64,000 nt of DNA from Macrostomum lignano. Taxonomy: Eukaryota. A model generated the notes under the pieces. That model saw only the letters and a program-made list of their open reading frames with translations. It was not told where the DNA came from and searched no databases. The position numbers and the translations under genes are program-made. Location of the stretch: assembly GCA_002269645.1 (NCBI GenBank), contig NIVC01001776.1, forward strand, positions 62,001 to 126,000, read 5' to 3'. Shown here piece by piece: positions 1 to 30,000 of the stretch. The first letter of the stretch is position 1; the number at the start of each line of letters is the position of its first letter.

Positions 1-270
1 GTAGGGTTTGGTTTAGAGTGTGTGTACATTGGCGGAGGGGTAGGGTTTGGTTTAGAGTGTGTGTACATTGGCGGAGGGGTAGGGTTTGGTTTAGTGTGTG
101 TACATTGGCGGATGGGTAGGGTTTGGTCAAGAGTGTGTGTACATTGGTGGAGGGGTAGGGTTTGGTCAAGAGTGTGTGTACATTGGCGGAGGGGTAGGGT
201 TTGGTCTAGAGTGTGTGTACATTGGCGGAGGGGTAGGGTTTGGTCTAGAGTGTGTGTACATTGGTGGAGG
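1..270 (+). repeat. 39-bp G-rich minisatellite (~7 units, cut by the window edge)
   Basis: GTAGGGTTTGGTCTAGAGTGTGTGTACATTGGCGGAGGG repeats. Confidence 0.95.
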
Positions 271-877
271 GTGAGTTTCGTCTACAATATCTTCCTAATT
301 AATTTGTGAATTCAATGTTGAAATGCAGCCAACGTACGGAAATATACGGGCATATAGACAGCAGACGTAACTACAGGCTATTATATATTTAAAAAATATG
401 ACTTCTACTGCGCGACAAGACAATAACACAATTTAATAGTAAGATAAAAAATAACATGCGATTCGATTCAATGAAAATAGCACGAAAAATAAAACGGGCA
501 TCACATAGAACTACAGTTAAATAATAATATATTTGTATAACACACACCTAAGTGAATATTGCACCAATGCACAGGAAACACCTTATTGTACAACGGAAAC
601 GAACTGAAAAGCCTTGCTGGCATATTCAGGGCATCCAATCGAGACCGTGAATGAAAAACCGCAGGCTGTAAAAACTGGCCAGTGACCAAAAAGTACTGGG
701 TTCGACTCGGGCATGTCGCTGAGGTCGCAGAAAGTCGTACAAACTGAATCCCAATTCATGAGCCTACTGTACTACTGCCGAGGAGGGCCGGGTCATAATA
801 TCAGTAGTAATGCGCCTGGCTCTCGCGTCACAGTCCGCGGCTTCGATTCCGTGCACTAATACACTTAAGGGGTTTGT

Positions 878-1490
878 CAGGCTTAGGGCAAGGGTCATAT
901 AGTTGGGGTTAGGGCAAGGGTCATATAGTTGGGGTGAGGGCAAGGGTCATATAGTTGGGGTGAGGGCAAGTTCATATAGTTGGGGTTAGGGCAAGGGTCA
1001 TATAGTTGGGGTGAGGGCAAGTTCATATAGTTGGGGTGAGGGCAAGGGTCATATAGTTGGGGTGAGGGCAAGGGTCATATAGTTGGGGTGAGGGCAAGGG
1101 TCATATAGTTGGGGTGAGGGCAAGGGTCATATAGTTGGGGTGAGGGCAAGGGTCATATAGTTGGGGTTAGGGCAAGGGTCATATAGTTAGGGTTTGGGTA
1201 AGGGTCATATAGTTGGGGTGAGGGCAAGGGTCATATAGTTGGGGTGAGGGCAAGGGTCATATAGTTGGGGTTAGGGCAAGGGTCATATAGTTAGGGTTTG
1301 GGTAAGGGTCATATAGTTGGGGTGAGGGCAAGGGTCATATAGTTGGGGTGAGGGCAAGGGTCATATAGTTGGGGTGAGGGCAAGGGTCATATAGTTGGGG
1401 TGAGGGCAAGGGTCATACAGTTGGGGTTAGGGCAAGGGTCATATAGTTGGGGTTAGGGCAAGGGTCATACAGTTGGGGTTAGGGCAAGGG
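878..1490 (+). repeat. 26/27-bp G-rich minisatellite
   Basis: GGGGTTAGGGCAAGGGTCATATAGTT and GGGGTGAGGGGCAAGGG variants. Confidence 0.95.
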
Positions 1491-1557
1491 CTGACTGTTG
1501 TCTTAATTTCGGCTCTCCACAAGCCCCAGCGACAAGCCAACAAGCTGAAATGCGCTG

Positions 1558-18434
<16,877 letters not shown>

Positions 18435-21099
18435 GGCTTTCAGGCTGTTTCTATTTCTCACTCTATTTATATGTTTATATCTGTTTGTTTCAACTAGCCT
18501 ATGTACAGTTTGCTAGTGAGGCCATCCACTTCAGTGTTGCAGAATCTGCAGTGGCCAACTGCTTGCAATTTGAAGTTGGGCCAGGAATTTTCAGACAGAC
18601 TGCAGGGCTTAGGCTGAAAATAATTTAAGAATTCGAGCCATGGAATAAAAAAACCAGGGACATATCCAATGTCTTTCAAACAAAATAGTACATATAAGAT
18701 TTTCTATGTGTATTCATTATTCAACATAATAATTGGACTAATGCGAGTTTTTCAGAAAAAAAGATAAAAAAAATAATGCCTTAAAAATTATGAAATTTAT
18801 TTATGTGAATTACTAGCTTTTGTGAACTATTTATTCATTTTTAAACTTTGCTCCTTTCTAAATCAACAAAAAATTTGCAAAAAAACATCATATATCATTA
18901 AATTTAAATCAAATAAGACAATTATTTCATAAATTTAGCATGTCTGACAATATAGAGACATTAGCAACATGCTGCAACAGTAAGAAAGAATTTTTGAAGA
19001 AAATCAAGCAAGTGTTATAACTTTATTTTCTATTTACTAAGATATTAATTAAAATCAAGAATAAATCAATAGAGTTTTAAAATTTAAACAAGAACATCAT
19101 AATTTCATAGAAAGGGTAAAACAACATAGATTCTGCTCAGTAATAAAACTCGCTTGTAGAATTAATAAAAGAGAACACAGATTCATATATATTGTCATTT
19201 TTAAAAGCAACAATATCATTTATCATATGTATCAGTTCTATCTATCCACTATGACTTTCAACTATAAACTGCCATTGGCATTTGTTTGCAGAAAAACAAA
19301 TCAATGAATATTATAAGCGATGCTTTATAAGCTGCACTGCAGAAGACTTTGATATATTCCAAATTATATTTTCTGTTATGTAGCATAGTACTCTTCATAG
19401 AATTAGTTGGAATAAATTGTAGGGCCTAAAACTTAATTGATTAAATTCACAATAAATAAGCTTGATAAACTCATACAAATTATTTAAATACTTAATAAAC
19501 ATACCTATAATTGAACAAATCAAGCAATGTACAAGGGAATTTCATTTTTGATACACCCTAAAGGCAATTATTCGGTTTTTTAGATTTTGCAACAAAAAGG
19601 GCAATGTTAAAAATAAAACGCACTAAAAAACTCACAAAAATTTTCTATCAAAACTAAATTATAGACCCAAGCATTATATATAGATCTAATCTCTAGAGAA
19701 TGATAAACTCAGCTGTCAGCTCACATAAATAAGCCTTGAAATTTCGAAAGATCTAAATTAAAAAACTATTTTCAGTAATTTTGAATTTTCGCAAATAATT
19801 TATTACCGTTTCGAGAATGAACTTTCTGAAGTTTAAACTATTGTTTAATAAAAGTGAATTGGTTAACAGTCAGAGGTCAGAGCGGTAATGTAGAAAGAAG
19901 CATTATTTTTTTTTTCTGACATCTAATTAGGGCAATTGTTTTCTTTAACTTTGCTTTTTGTATAATCTAGCAACTCACGGTGTTGCAATTCTTACAACGG
20001 CAGCAGCTATTAAAACTAATACTGTTTATATTTTTGACTAATAGATAATAAGAAACTGTAAAAATAGCTATTTTTTGTTGTTAAAAATAACTTTACAATA
20101 AAAAAGCAAAATAAGTGCACACTATTTGTGTCAGAGAATAAATTTAATTGCAAGTTTATATCCGTAGTTAATTACAATTAAGTTTTCAATTTCAATATAC
20201 AATTGTCTATATATATATTTCAGGAACTAATCATGGCATGGTGTATTACTTTTAGCTCGTTTTTTATTCAGTTATCAAAGATATTCAGAAAATGTTTGAA
20301 TGTTTCCGAAATATTTAACTAGCTACATTATAACTACAATGCCAAGAAGCAGGAAGTGACCTTTTTAAATTTGTACTTATAAGTTTGAATAAGTCAAGAC
20401 AATGACATGCCTTTTAGTTTGTGGAAAGTTTTCAGCCCCCCCCATTACTAAAAATTTAGTTATAATCTTCTTCCTGAATAGGTTGCCAAAATTATCAGTG
20501 ATAAAAGTGTTTAAATAAATGAAATTCAAAGCTCTTAAATTTTTTTCTAATATTATCATTGATAGAGATTTGGTTTTGATAGAGACTTAAGGGCTAGAAC
20601 CTAGAACTAAGGGACTGATAATTGGCTTTAGTTCTTCTAGCTTTTTAGAAGAGTTAGGTACTGCAACTGGATTCTTAATTGGTATTAATCATAATATATT
20701 TTGCTTTTTTATTGCTAAAATCTTGCATGTACACAATCCTAAATGCAATGAAAATTAGGATTGTGTTTATAAAAATAATTTTCTTAAACTAATTTCTGCA
20801 GGAAAGTAATTTTTTATCTTAATCAAATCATTAAATATTAAAATGTTTTAAATGAATCAGATAAAACAAATTATTGCTTATCTATCTTGTTTATTGTTTA
20901 TTAGCTTAATATTTAATATTTTTTGTTTTAGTTTTTAAATATTTTTTCAGATTAGGCCTAGCTTTCATATAATGAATAGTAGTAATAGCAAATAATTTTT
21001 ATGATTGTAATTTTTACATTTGCAATATTTGCCTATTCTAATTGCATGATATTGTGCTAAATATTGTCACAAAAATTGTGACTTAGCCATCCTTCAGCC

Positions 21100-24000
21100 A
21101 TGTATAGTGAAGGAACTCCACAGCCAATGTATGAAGAGGATGTGCAGCAAAAGAAGCTAAAGTAAGTGGTTTAAAATACTTTATTATTGATGAAATTCAT
21201 AAAATAATTAAGTTATAAAATAATTATTTCAGACCAATTCTGCTGCAAAACAGGCCTCTCTATGCTAAGATGATCATGTTCCTAGTGGCTATGTTTGCAT
21301 TTGTAAGTTGAATTCAAATATTTGCATTTTCTCTATTTCTAATTACACCAAACATTGCTTCGTAATGCTCTGCAGTGCCTCGGCGGCTCCCTAGTGGCCA
21401 TCGGGGTGTACATTCAGCTGGACCGCGGCTTCATCTCCGAGATCATTGGCAGTGTGGTGGCCCTGGCCGCTGCTTACCTGTGCATTGTTGCCGGCTTTCT
21501 TATTGCTTTCGTCGGCCTGCTGGGCGCCTACGGAGCTCACAAGCTGAACAAGGCCTGTCTGATCGCCTTTCTGGTCATCATGCTGGTGCTCACCCTGGTC
21601 ACCTTTGTTGGCAGCCTGCTGGCTGTGATATTCAGGGCCACGGTGATCCAGACTGCCAAGGACACCATGAGCTACTCGCTCACCATTCACTATGGCAAGA
21701 CGCGGCTCATCACGGAATCTTGGGATGCCATCCAGGTTGGTCTAGTGATCCTTTATGCTTGAGAAGTGCTGCTTTTAACTCTGTCACACTGAGTGTCTGA
21801 TAAGTTAGATTTGAGATTCTGATCTATCAGATTGAGTCTGATCTATCAGATTTGAGATTCTGACCTATCAGATTGAGTCTGATCTATCAGATTTGAGATT
21901 CTGACCTATCAGATTTGAGATTCTGACCTATCAGATTTGAGAGTCTGACCTATCAGATTTGAGATTCTGATCTATCAGATTGAGTCTGATCTATCAGATT
22001 TGAGATTCTGATCTATCAGATTGAGTCTGATCTATCAGATTTGAGAGTCTGACCTATCAGATTTGAGATTCTGATCTATAAGATTTGAGATTCTGATCTA
22101 TCAGATTTGAGATTCTGACCTATCAGATTTGAGATTCTGATCTATAAGATTTGAGATTCTGATCTATCAGATTTGAGATTCTGGCCTATCAGATTGAGTC
22201 TGATCTATCAGATTTGAGATTCTGACCTATCAGATTTGAGAGTCTGACCTATCAGATTTGAGATTCTGATCTATCAGATTGAGTCTGATCTATCAGATTT
22301 GAGATTCTGATCTATCAGATTGAGTCTGATCTATCAGATTTGAGAGTCTGACCTATCAGATTGAGTCTGATCTATCAGATTTGAGAGTCTGACCTATCAG
22401 ATTTGAGATTCTGATCTATCAGATTGAGTCTGATCTATCAGATTTGAGATTCTGATCTATCAGATTGAGTCTGATCTATCAGATTTGAGAGTCTGACCTA
22501 TCAGATTTGAGAGTCTGACCTATCAGATTTGAGAGTCTGACCTATCAGATTTGAGAGTCTGATCTATCAGATTTGAGAGTCTGATCTATCAGATTTGAGA
22601 GTATGATCTATCAGATTTGAGAGTCTGATCTATCAGATTTGAGAGTATGATCTATCAGATTTGAGAGTCTGATCTATCAGATTTGAGAGTATGATCTATC
22701 AGATTTGAGAGTCTGATCTATCAGATTTGAGATTCTGACCTATCAGATTTGAGATTCTGATCTATCAGATTGAGTCTGATCTATCAGATTTGAGAGTCCG
22801 GTCTATCAGATTGAGTCTGATCTATCAGATTTGAGAGTCCGGTCTATCAGATTGAGTCTGACCTATCAGATTTGAGAGTATGATCTATCAGATTTGAGAT
22901 TCTGACCTATCAGATTTGAGATTCTGATCTATCAGATTGAGTCTGATCTATCAGATTTGAGAGTCCGGTCTATCAGATTGAGTCTGATCTATCAGATTTG
23001 AGAGTCCGGTCTATCAGATTGAGTCTGACCTATCAGATTTGAGAGTATGATCTATCAGATTTGAGATTCTGACCTATCAGATTTGAGATTCTGATCTATC
23101 AGATTGAGTCTGATCTATCAGATTTGAGAGTCCGGTCTATCAGATTGAGTCTGATCTATCAGATTTGAGAGTCCGGTCTATCAGATTGAGTCTGACCTAT
23201 CAGATTTGGGAGTCTGGTCTATCAGATTTCAGAGTCCGGTCTATCAGATTGAGTCTGATCTATCAGATTTGAGAGTCTGGTCTATCAGATTTGAGAGTCT
23301 GGTCTATCAGATTTGAGAGTCTGGTCTATCAGGTTTGAGAGTCTGGTCTATCAGATTTGAGAGTCTGGTCTATCAGGTTTGAGAGTCTGATCTATCAGAT
23401 TTGAGAGTCCGGTCTATCAGGTTTGAGAGTCTGATCTATCAGATTTGAGAGTCTGGTCTATCAGGTTTGAGAGTCTGGTCTATCAGATTTGAGAGTCTGA
23501 TCTATCAGATTTGAGAGTCTGGTCTATCAGATTTGAGAGTCTGGTCTATCAGGTTTGAGAGTCTGGTCTATCAGATTTGAGATTCTGATCTACCAGACTT
23601 GGAAGTCCAACCTATCACGCTCATATTATGCATTCAAAACAATCCCGAGAGTCCAGCTCAGTGGTTGAGCAATTCCCAAGTGCCCCCCCCTCGCAACCAT
23701 CGCAGACGCACCTTCGCTGCTGCGCGGTGGACAGCAACGGCTGGCAGCTGTACATCGGCAGCCAGTGGGACCTGATGGTCAACGCCGATGCGCGCAACCT
23801 CGGCTCCAGAATTCCTCAATGGTCGCCGCTGTACAAATTCGTGCCCGAGTCCTGCTGCCTCAGCCTCATCGACCCGCGCACCCTGTGGCCCAGCGGCAAA
23901 GTCAGGAACAAGGAGCAGTGCCAGTACTTCCCCTATGGCCCGCCCAACAAGCTTAGCGGAGCGTTCAACGATGCCGTTAACTATAAGGTGAGTACCCCGG

Positions 24001-27000
24001 TTTCGGAAAATCCTATATTTCTACTGACAGTAGTTTGTTTTTATTCCTGTATTTCTACTGACAGTAGTTTGTAGCAGTTTTTATTCCTGTATTTCTACTG
24101 ACAGTAGTTTGTAGCAGTTTTTATTCCTGTATTTCTACTGACAGTAGTTTGTAGCAGTTTTTATTCCTGTATTTCTACTGACAGTAGTTTGTAGCAGTTT
24201 TTATTCCTGTATTTTTACTTACAGTAGTTTTTAGCAGTTTTTATTCCTGTATTTCTACTGACAGTAGTTTGAAGCAGTTTTTATTCCTGTATTTCTACTG
24301 ACAGTAGTTTGAAGCAGTTTTTATTCCTGTATTTCTACTGACAGTAGTTTGTAGCAGTTTTTATTCCTGTATTTTTACTTACAGTAGTTTGTAGCAGTTT
24401 TTATTCCTGTATTTTTACTTACAGTAGTTTGTAGCAGTTTTTATTCCTGTATTTCTACTGACAGTAGTTTGTAGCAGTTTTTATTCCTGTATTTCTACTT
24501 ACAGTAGTTTGTAGCAGTTTTTATTCCTGTATTTTTACTTACAGTAGTTTGTAGCAGTATTTATTCCTGTATTTCTACTTACAGTAGTTTGTAGCAGTTT
24601 TTATTCCTGTATTTTTACTGTAGCAGTTTTTATTCCTGTATTTCTACTTACAGTAGTTTGTAGCAGTTTTTATTCCTGTATTTCTACTGACAGTAGTTTG
24701 TAGCAGTTTTTATTCCTGTATTTCTACTTACAGTAGTTTGTAGCAGTTTTTATTCTTTATATTTCTACTGACAGTAGTTTGTAGCAGTTTTTATTCTTTA
24801 TATTTCTACTGACAGTAGTTTGTAGGTATTTTTAATCCTATAATCCTATATTTCTACTGACAGTAGTTTGTAGCAGTTTTTATCACAACTTTCTACACCT
24901 TTTCACACACACGTGCAGGGCTGCTTCCAAGCCGGAGCGGAGGTGATGGGCTTTTACAGCAACTTCCTGGGCTACATTGGATTCTCTCTGTTCATCATTA
25001 TGGTGAGAATTTGAGCTCACAATTATTAAACATAGTTGATTACTAGCAATCTAGTGCCCCCCTTCGGGGCGGCCGATAAGAAAGAGCAAGATTTATTTAT
25101 TTAAATTCTGGTAGCGATTAGTATGGCGTCATTGGTAACAATAAGCATGGTGTCTTAAAGTATGAGTACACTTAGAAAACTTTCGTACCATTTATTTATA
25201 AAATTGGTAATCCACATTGCAGAATCGGTTTCTAAGAATCTACCAACAATACCCCAATCAGGTTTGCAATGATCCCCCAGTCAGGTTTGCAATGATCCCT
25301 CAGTCGGTTTTAAAATGATCCCCCTAGTTCAATCATAGTTTTCTCATCCTGTGCAATAATAGTCGTCTAAGCTAATGCAATAATAGTTTTCTCATCTAAT
25401 GAAATTACAGTTTTCTCGTCTCGTGCAATGATAGTTTTCTCATCTTGTGCCATAACAGTTTTCTTATCTCGTCCACCAGAGAACAAGTAGCTAGTGCAAC
25501 AATTTCCTTAGCTTTATAGAGGCTCCATTTTGTTTGGCATGACACTTCTTTTTATGTTTGAAACTGTGTCTCTTTTATGTTTGAAATGGTGACTCTTTAA
25601 TGTTTGACATGGTGGCTCTTCTATGTTTGACATGGTGGCTCTTCTATGTTTGACATGGTAGCACTTTAATGTTTGACATGGTGGCTCTTTTATGTTTGGC
25701 ATGGTAGCACTTTAATGTTTGACATGGTAGCACTTTAATGTTTGACATGGTGACTCTTCTATGTTTGACATGGCGGCCCTTTTACGTTTGAAATTGTGTC
25801 TCTGTTATGTTCGACATGGTGGCTCTTTAATATTTGACATGGATTCACGTATATGCTCGACATGGTGGCTCCCTTATGTGTGGCATGGTGTCTCTTTTAT
25901 GATTAATGTTTGACATGGAGTCGCGTATATGTTTGACATAGTGGCTCCCTTATGTGTGGCATGTTGTCTTTCTTGTATTTTTAATGTTTGACATGGAGTC
26001 ACATAGATGTTTGACATGGTGGCTCTTTTATGTTCGAAATGGTTGCTCTTTAATGTTTGACATGCAGTCACGTATATGTTTGACATAGTGGCTCCCTTAT
26101 GTGTGGCATGTTGTCTTTCTTGTATTTTTAATGTTTGACATGGAGTCACATTGATGTTTGACATGGTGGCTCTTTTATGTTCGAAATGGTTGCTCTTTAA
26201 TGTTTGACATGCAGTCACGTATATGTTTGACATAGTGGCTCCCTTATGTGTGGCATGTTGTCTTTCTTGTATTTTTAATGTTTGACATGGAGTCACATTG
26301 ATGTTTGACATGGTGGCTCTTTTATGTTCGAAATGGTTGCTCTTTAATGTTTGACATGCACTCACGTATATGTTTGACATAGTGGCTTCATTGTGTGGCA
26401 TGTTGTCTCTCTTGTATGTTTAATGTTTGACATGGAGTCACGTAGATGTTTGACATGGTGGCTCTTTTATGTTCGAAATGGTTGCTCTTTAATGTTTGAC
26501 ATGGAGTCACGTATATGTTTGACGTGTTGGCTCTTTTATTTTTGACATTGTGGCTCTTTATTGTTTGACATGGTGGCTCTTTAATGTTTGACATGCAGTC
26601 ACGTGTATGTTTGACATGGTGGCTCTTTACTGTTTGACATGGAGTCACGCATATGTCTGACTTTGTAGCTTTTTTATGTTTAACATTGTGGCTCTTTATT
26701 GTTTGACATGGCGGCTCTAAAATGTTTGACATGGAGTCACGTATATGTTTGACATGGTGGCTCTTTTATGTTCGACATAGTGGCTATTTTATGTTCGACA
26801 TGATGGCTCTTTAATGTTTGACATGGTGGCTCTTTAATGTTTGACATGGTGGCTCTTTCATGTTTGACATGGTGTTTCTTTAATGTTTGACATGGTGTCT
26901 CTTTAATGTTTGACATGGTGGCTCTTTTGTGTTTGACATGACAGCTCTTTAATGTTTGACATGTTGGCTCTTCTATGTTTGACATGGTAGCACTTTAATC

Positions 27001-30000
27001 TTCGACATGGTGGCTCTTTAATGTTTGACATGGTGGCTCTTTTATGTCTTACATGGTGGCTCCTTTATATCTTTCATGGTGGCTCTTTTATGTCTTACAT
27101 GGTGGCTTTTTTATGTTTGACATGGTGACTCTTTTATGTTTGACATGGTGCCACTTTTATGTTTGACATTGCGCTTCTTTTATGTGTAACATTTTTGGTT
27201 TTTAAGGTGTTTTAATAAAAAAATCTTTTTGCACTACTAATATTGGAACCCAGGTCGCTACATTAGCAGTCCAGTCTGTTCGCATCTAGGCTATCTCTTT
27301 TCAATTGGAGAACATGAATTGCTGTCCTTATAACTCAATTCTTACATCCCAAGACAGCAAGCATCCCCCAGATAGCAAGCATCCTCCAGATTACAAGCAA
27401 CCCCCGGATAGCAAGCATCCCCTAGATAGCAAGCATCCCCCAGATAGCAAGCATCCGCCAGATAGCAAGCATCCCCTACATAGATAGCATCCCCAAATAG
27501 CAAGCATCCACCAGACAATAAGTAGCTAGTGCGACAATTTCCTTAGCATTATAGTGGCTCCTTTAAAATTCGCTTACTTTTATGTTTGAAATTGTGTAAA
27601 TTTTATGTTTGACATGGTGCCTGTTTTATGTTCTACATGGCAACTGTTTTATGTTTGAAACGATGGCTTTTTAATGTCAGACATGGTGGCTCTTTTATGT
27701 TTTACATGGTGGCTCTTTTATGTTTGACATGGTGCCTCTTTATTGTTTGACATGGTGGCTCTTTAATGTTTAACCTGGTGGCTCTTGTTTGAAACAGTGG
27801 CTCTTTTATGTTTGACACAGTGGCTCTTTAATGTTCGACAAAGTGGCTATTTAATGTTTGACAAGGTGGCTTTTAAATGTTTGACATGGTGGCTCCTTAA
27901 TGTTCGAAATGGTGGCTCTTTAATGTTTGACATAAAGACACATATATAATTGACATGGTGGCTCTTAAATGTTTGACATGGTGGCTCTTTAATGTTCGAG
28001 AAAGTGGCTCTTTAATGTTTTTCATGGTATAGCACTTTTATGTTCGACATGGTGGCTCTTTTAGGTTTGACATGGTGGCTCTTAAATGTTTGACATGGTG
28101 GCTCTTAAATGTTTGACATGGTGGCTCTTAAATGTTTGACATGGTAGCTCTTTAATATTCTACATTGTGGCTCTTTAATGTTTAACATGGTGGCTCTTAA
28201 ATGTTTGACATGGTGGCTCTTTAATGTTTGACATGGTGGCTCTTTAATGTTTGACATAAAGTCACTTATATGTTCGAAATGGTGGCTCTTTAATATTTTA
28301 CATTGTGGCTCTTAAGTGTTCGACATGGTGGCTCTTTTAGGTTTAACATGGTGGCTCTTTTAGGTTTAACATGGTGACTCTTAAATGTTCGACATGGTGG
28401 CTCTTTAATATTCTTCATGTTATAGCTCTTTCATGTTTGACATGGTGGCTCTTTAATGTTCGACATGGTGGCTCTTTAATATTCTTCATGTTATAGCTCT
28501 TTCATGTTTGACATGGTGGCTCTTTAATGTTCGAAATGGTGGCTCTTTAATGTTCGAAATGGTGGCTCTTTAATGTTTGACACAAAGTCACATATATGTT
28601 TGACATGGTGGCTCTTTATGTTTGACATGTTGGCTCTTTTATGTTTGACATGGTGGCTCTTTTATGTTTGACATGGTGGCTCCTAAATGTTTGACATGGT
28701 GGCTCTTAAATGTTTGACATGGTGACTCTTTAATGTTTCAAATGGTGGCTCTTAAATGTTTGACATGGTGGCTCTTTAATGTTTTACATGGTGGCTCCTA
28801 AATGTTTGACATGGTGGCTCTTTATGTTTGACATGTTGGCTCTTTTATGTTTGACATGGTGGCTCTTTATGTTTGACATGTTGGCTCTTTTATGTTTGAC
28901 ATGTTGGCTCTTTTATGTTTGACATGGTGGCTTTTTTATGTTTGACATGGTGGCTCCTAAATGTTTGACATGGTGGCTCTTAAATTTTTGACATGGTGAC
29001 TCTTTAATGTTTCAAATGGTGGCTCTTAAATGTTTGACATGGTGGCTCTTTAATGTTTTACATGGTGGCTCCTAAATGTTTGACATGGTGGCTCTTAAAT
29101 GTTTGACATGGTGACTCTTTAATGTTTCAAATGGTGGCTCTTAAATGTTTGACATGGTGGCTCTTTAATGTTTTACATGGTGGCTCCTAAATGTTTGACA
29201 TGGTGGCTCTTTATGTTTGACATGTTGGCTCTTTTATGTTTGACATGGTGGCTCTTTATGTTTGACATGTTGGCTCTTTTATGTTTGACATGTTGGCTCT
29301 TTTATGTTTGACATGGTGGCTCTTTTATGTTTGACATGGTGGCTCCTAAATGTTTGACATGGTGGCTCTTAAATTTTTGACATGGTGACTCTTTAATGTT
29401 TCAAATGGTGGCTCTTAAATGTTTGACATGGTGGCTCTTTAATGTTTTACATGGTGGCCCTTAATGTTTGACATGGTGGCTCTTTATGTTTGACATGTTG
29501 GCTCTTTTATGTTTGACATGGTGGCTCTTTAATGTTTTACATGGTGGCTCTTAAATGTTTGACATGGTGGCTCTTTATGTTTGACATGTTGGCTCTTTTA
29601 TGTTTGACATGGTGGCTCTTTAATGTTTTACATGGTGGCTCTTAAATGTTTGACATGGTGGCTCTTTATGTTTGACATGTTGGCTCTTTTATGTTCGACA
29701 TGGTGGCTCTTTAATGTTCGACATGGTGGCTCTTAAATGTTTGACATGGTGGCTCTTTATGTTTGACATGTTGGCTCTTTTATGTTCGACATGGTGGCTC
29801 TTTAATGTTCGACATGGTGGCTCTTCTATGTTTCACATTGCGCTTCTTTTATGTTTAGTAGTTTTGTGTTTTTTAGGTGTTTTAATAAAAAAAATCTTTT
29901 TTGCACTACTAAGATTCGAACCCAGGTCGCTACAGTAGCAGTCCAGTCTGTTCGCATCTTGGCTATCTCTTTTCAATTGGAGAACATGAATTGTGGCCCT

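Noticed and set aside
878-1490. Telomere or interstitial telomeric repeat
   Set aside because: TTAGGG occurs at most once per 26-bp unit; there is no (TTAGGG)n tract.
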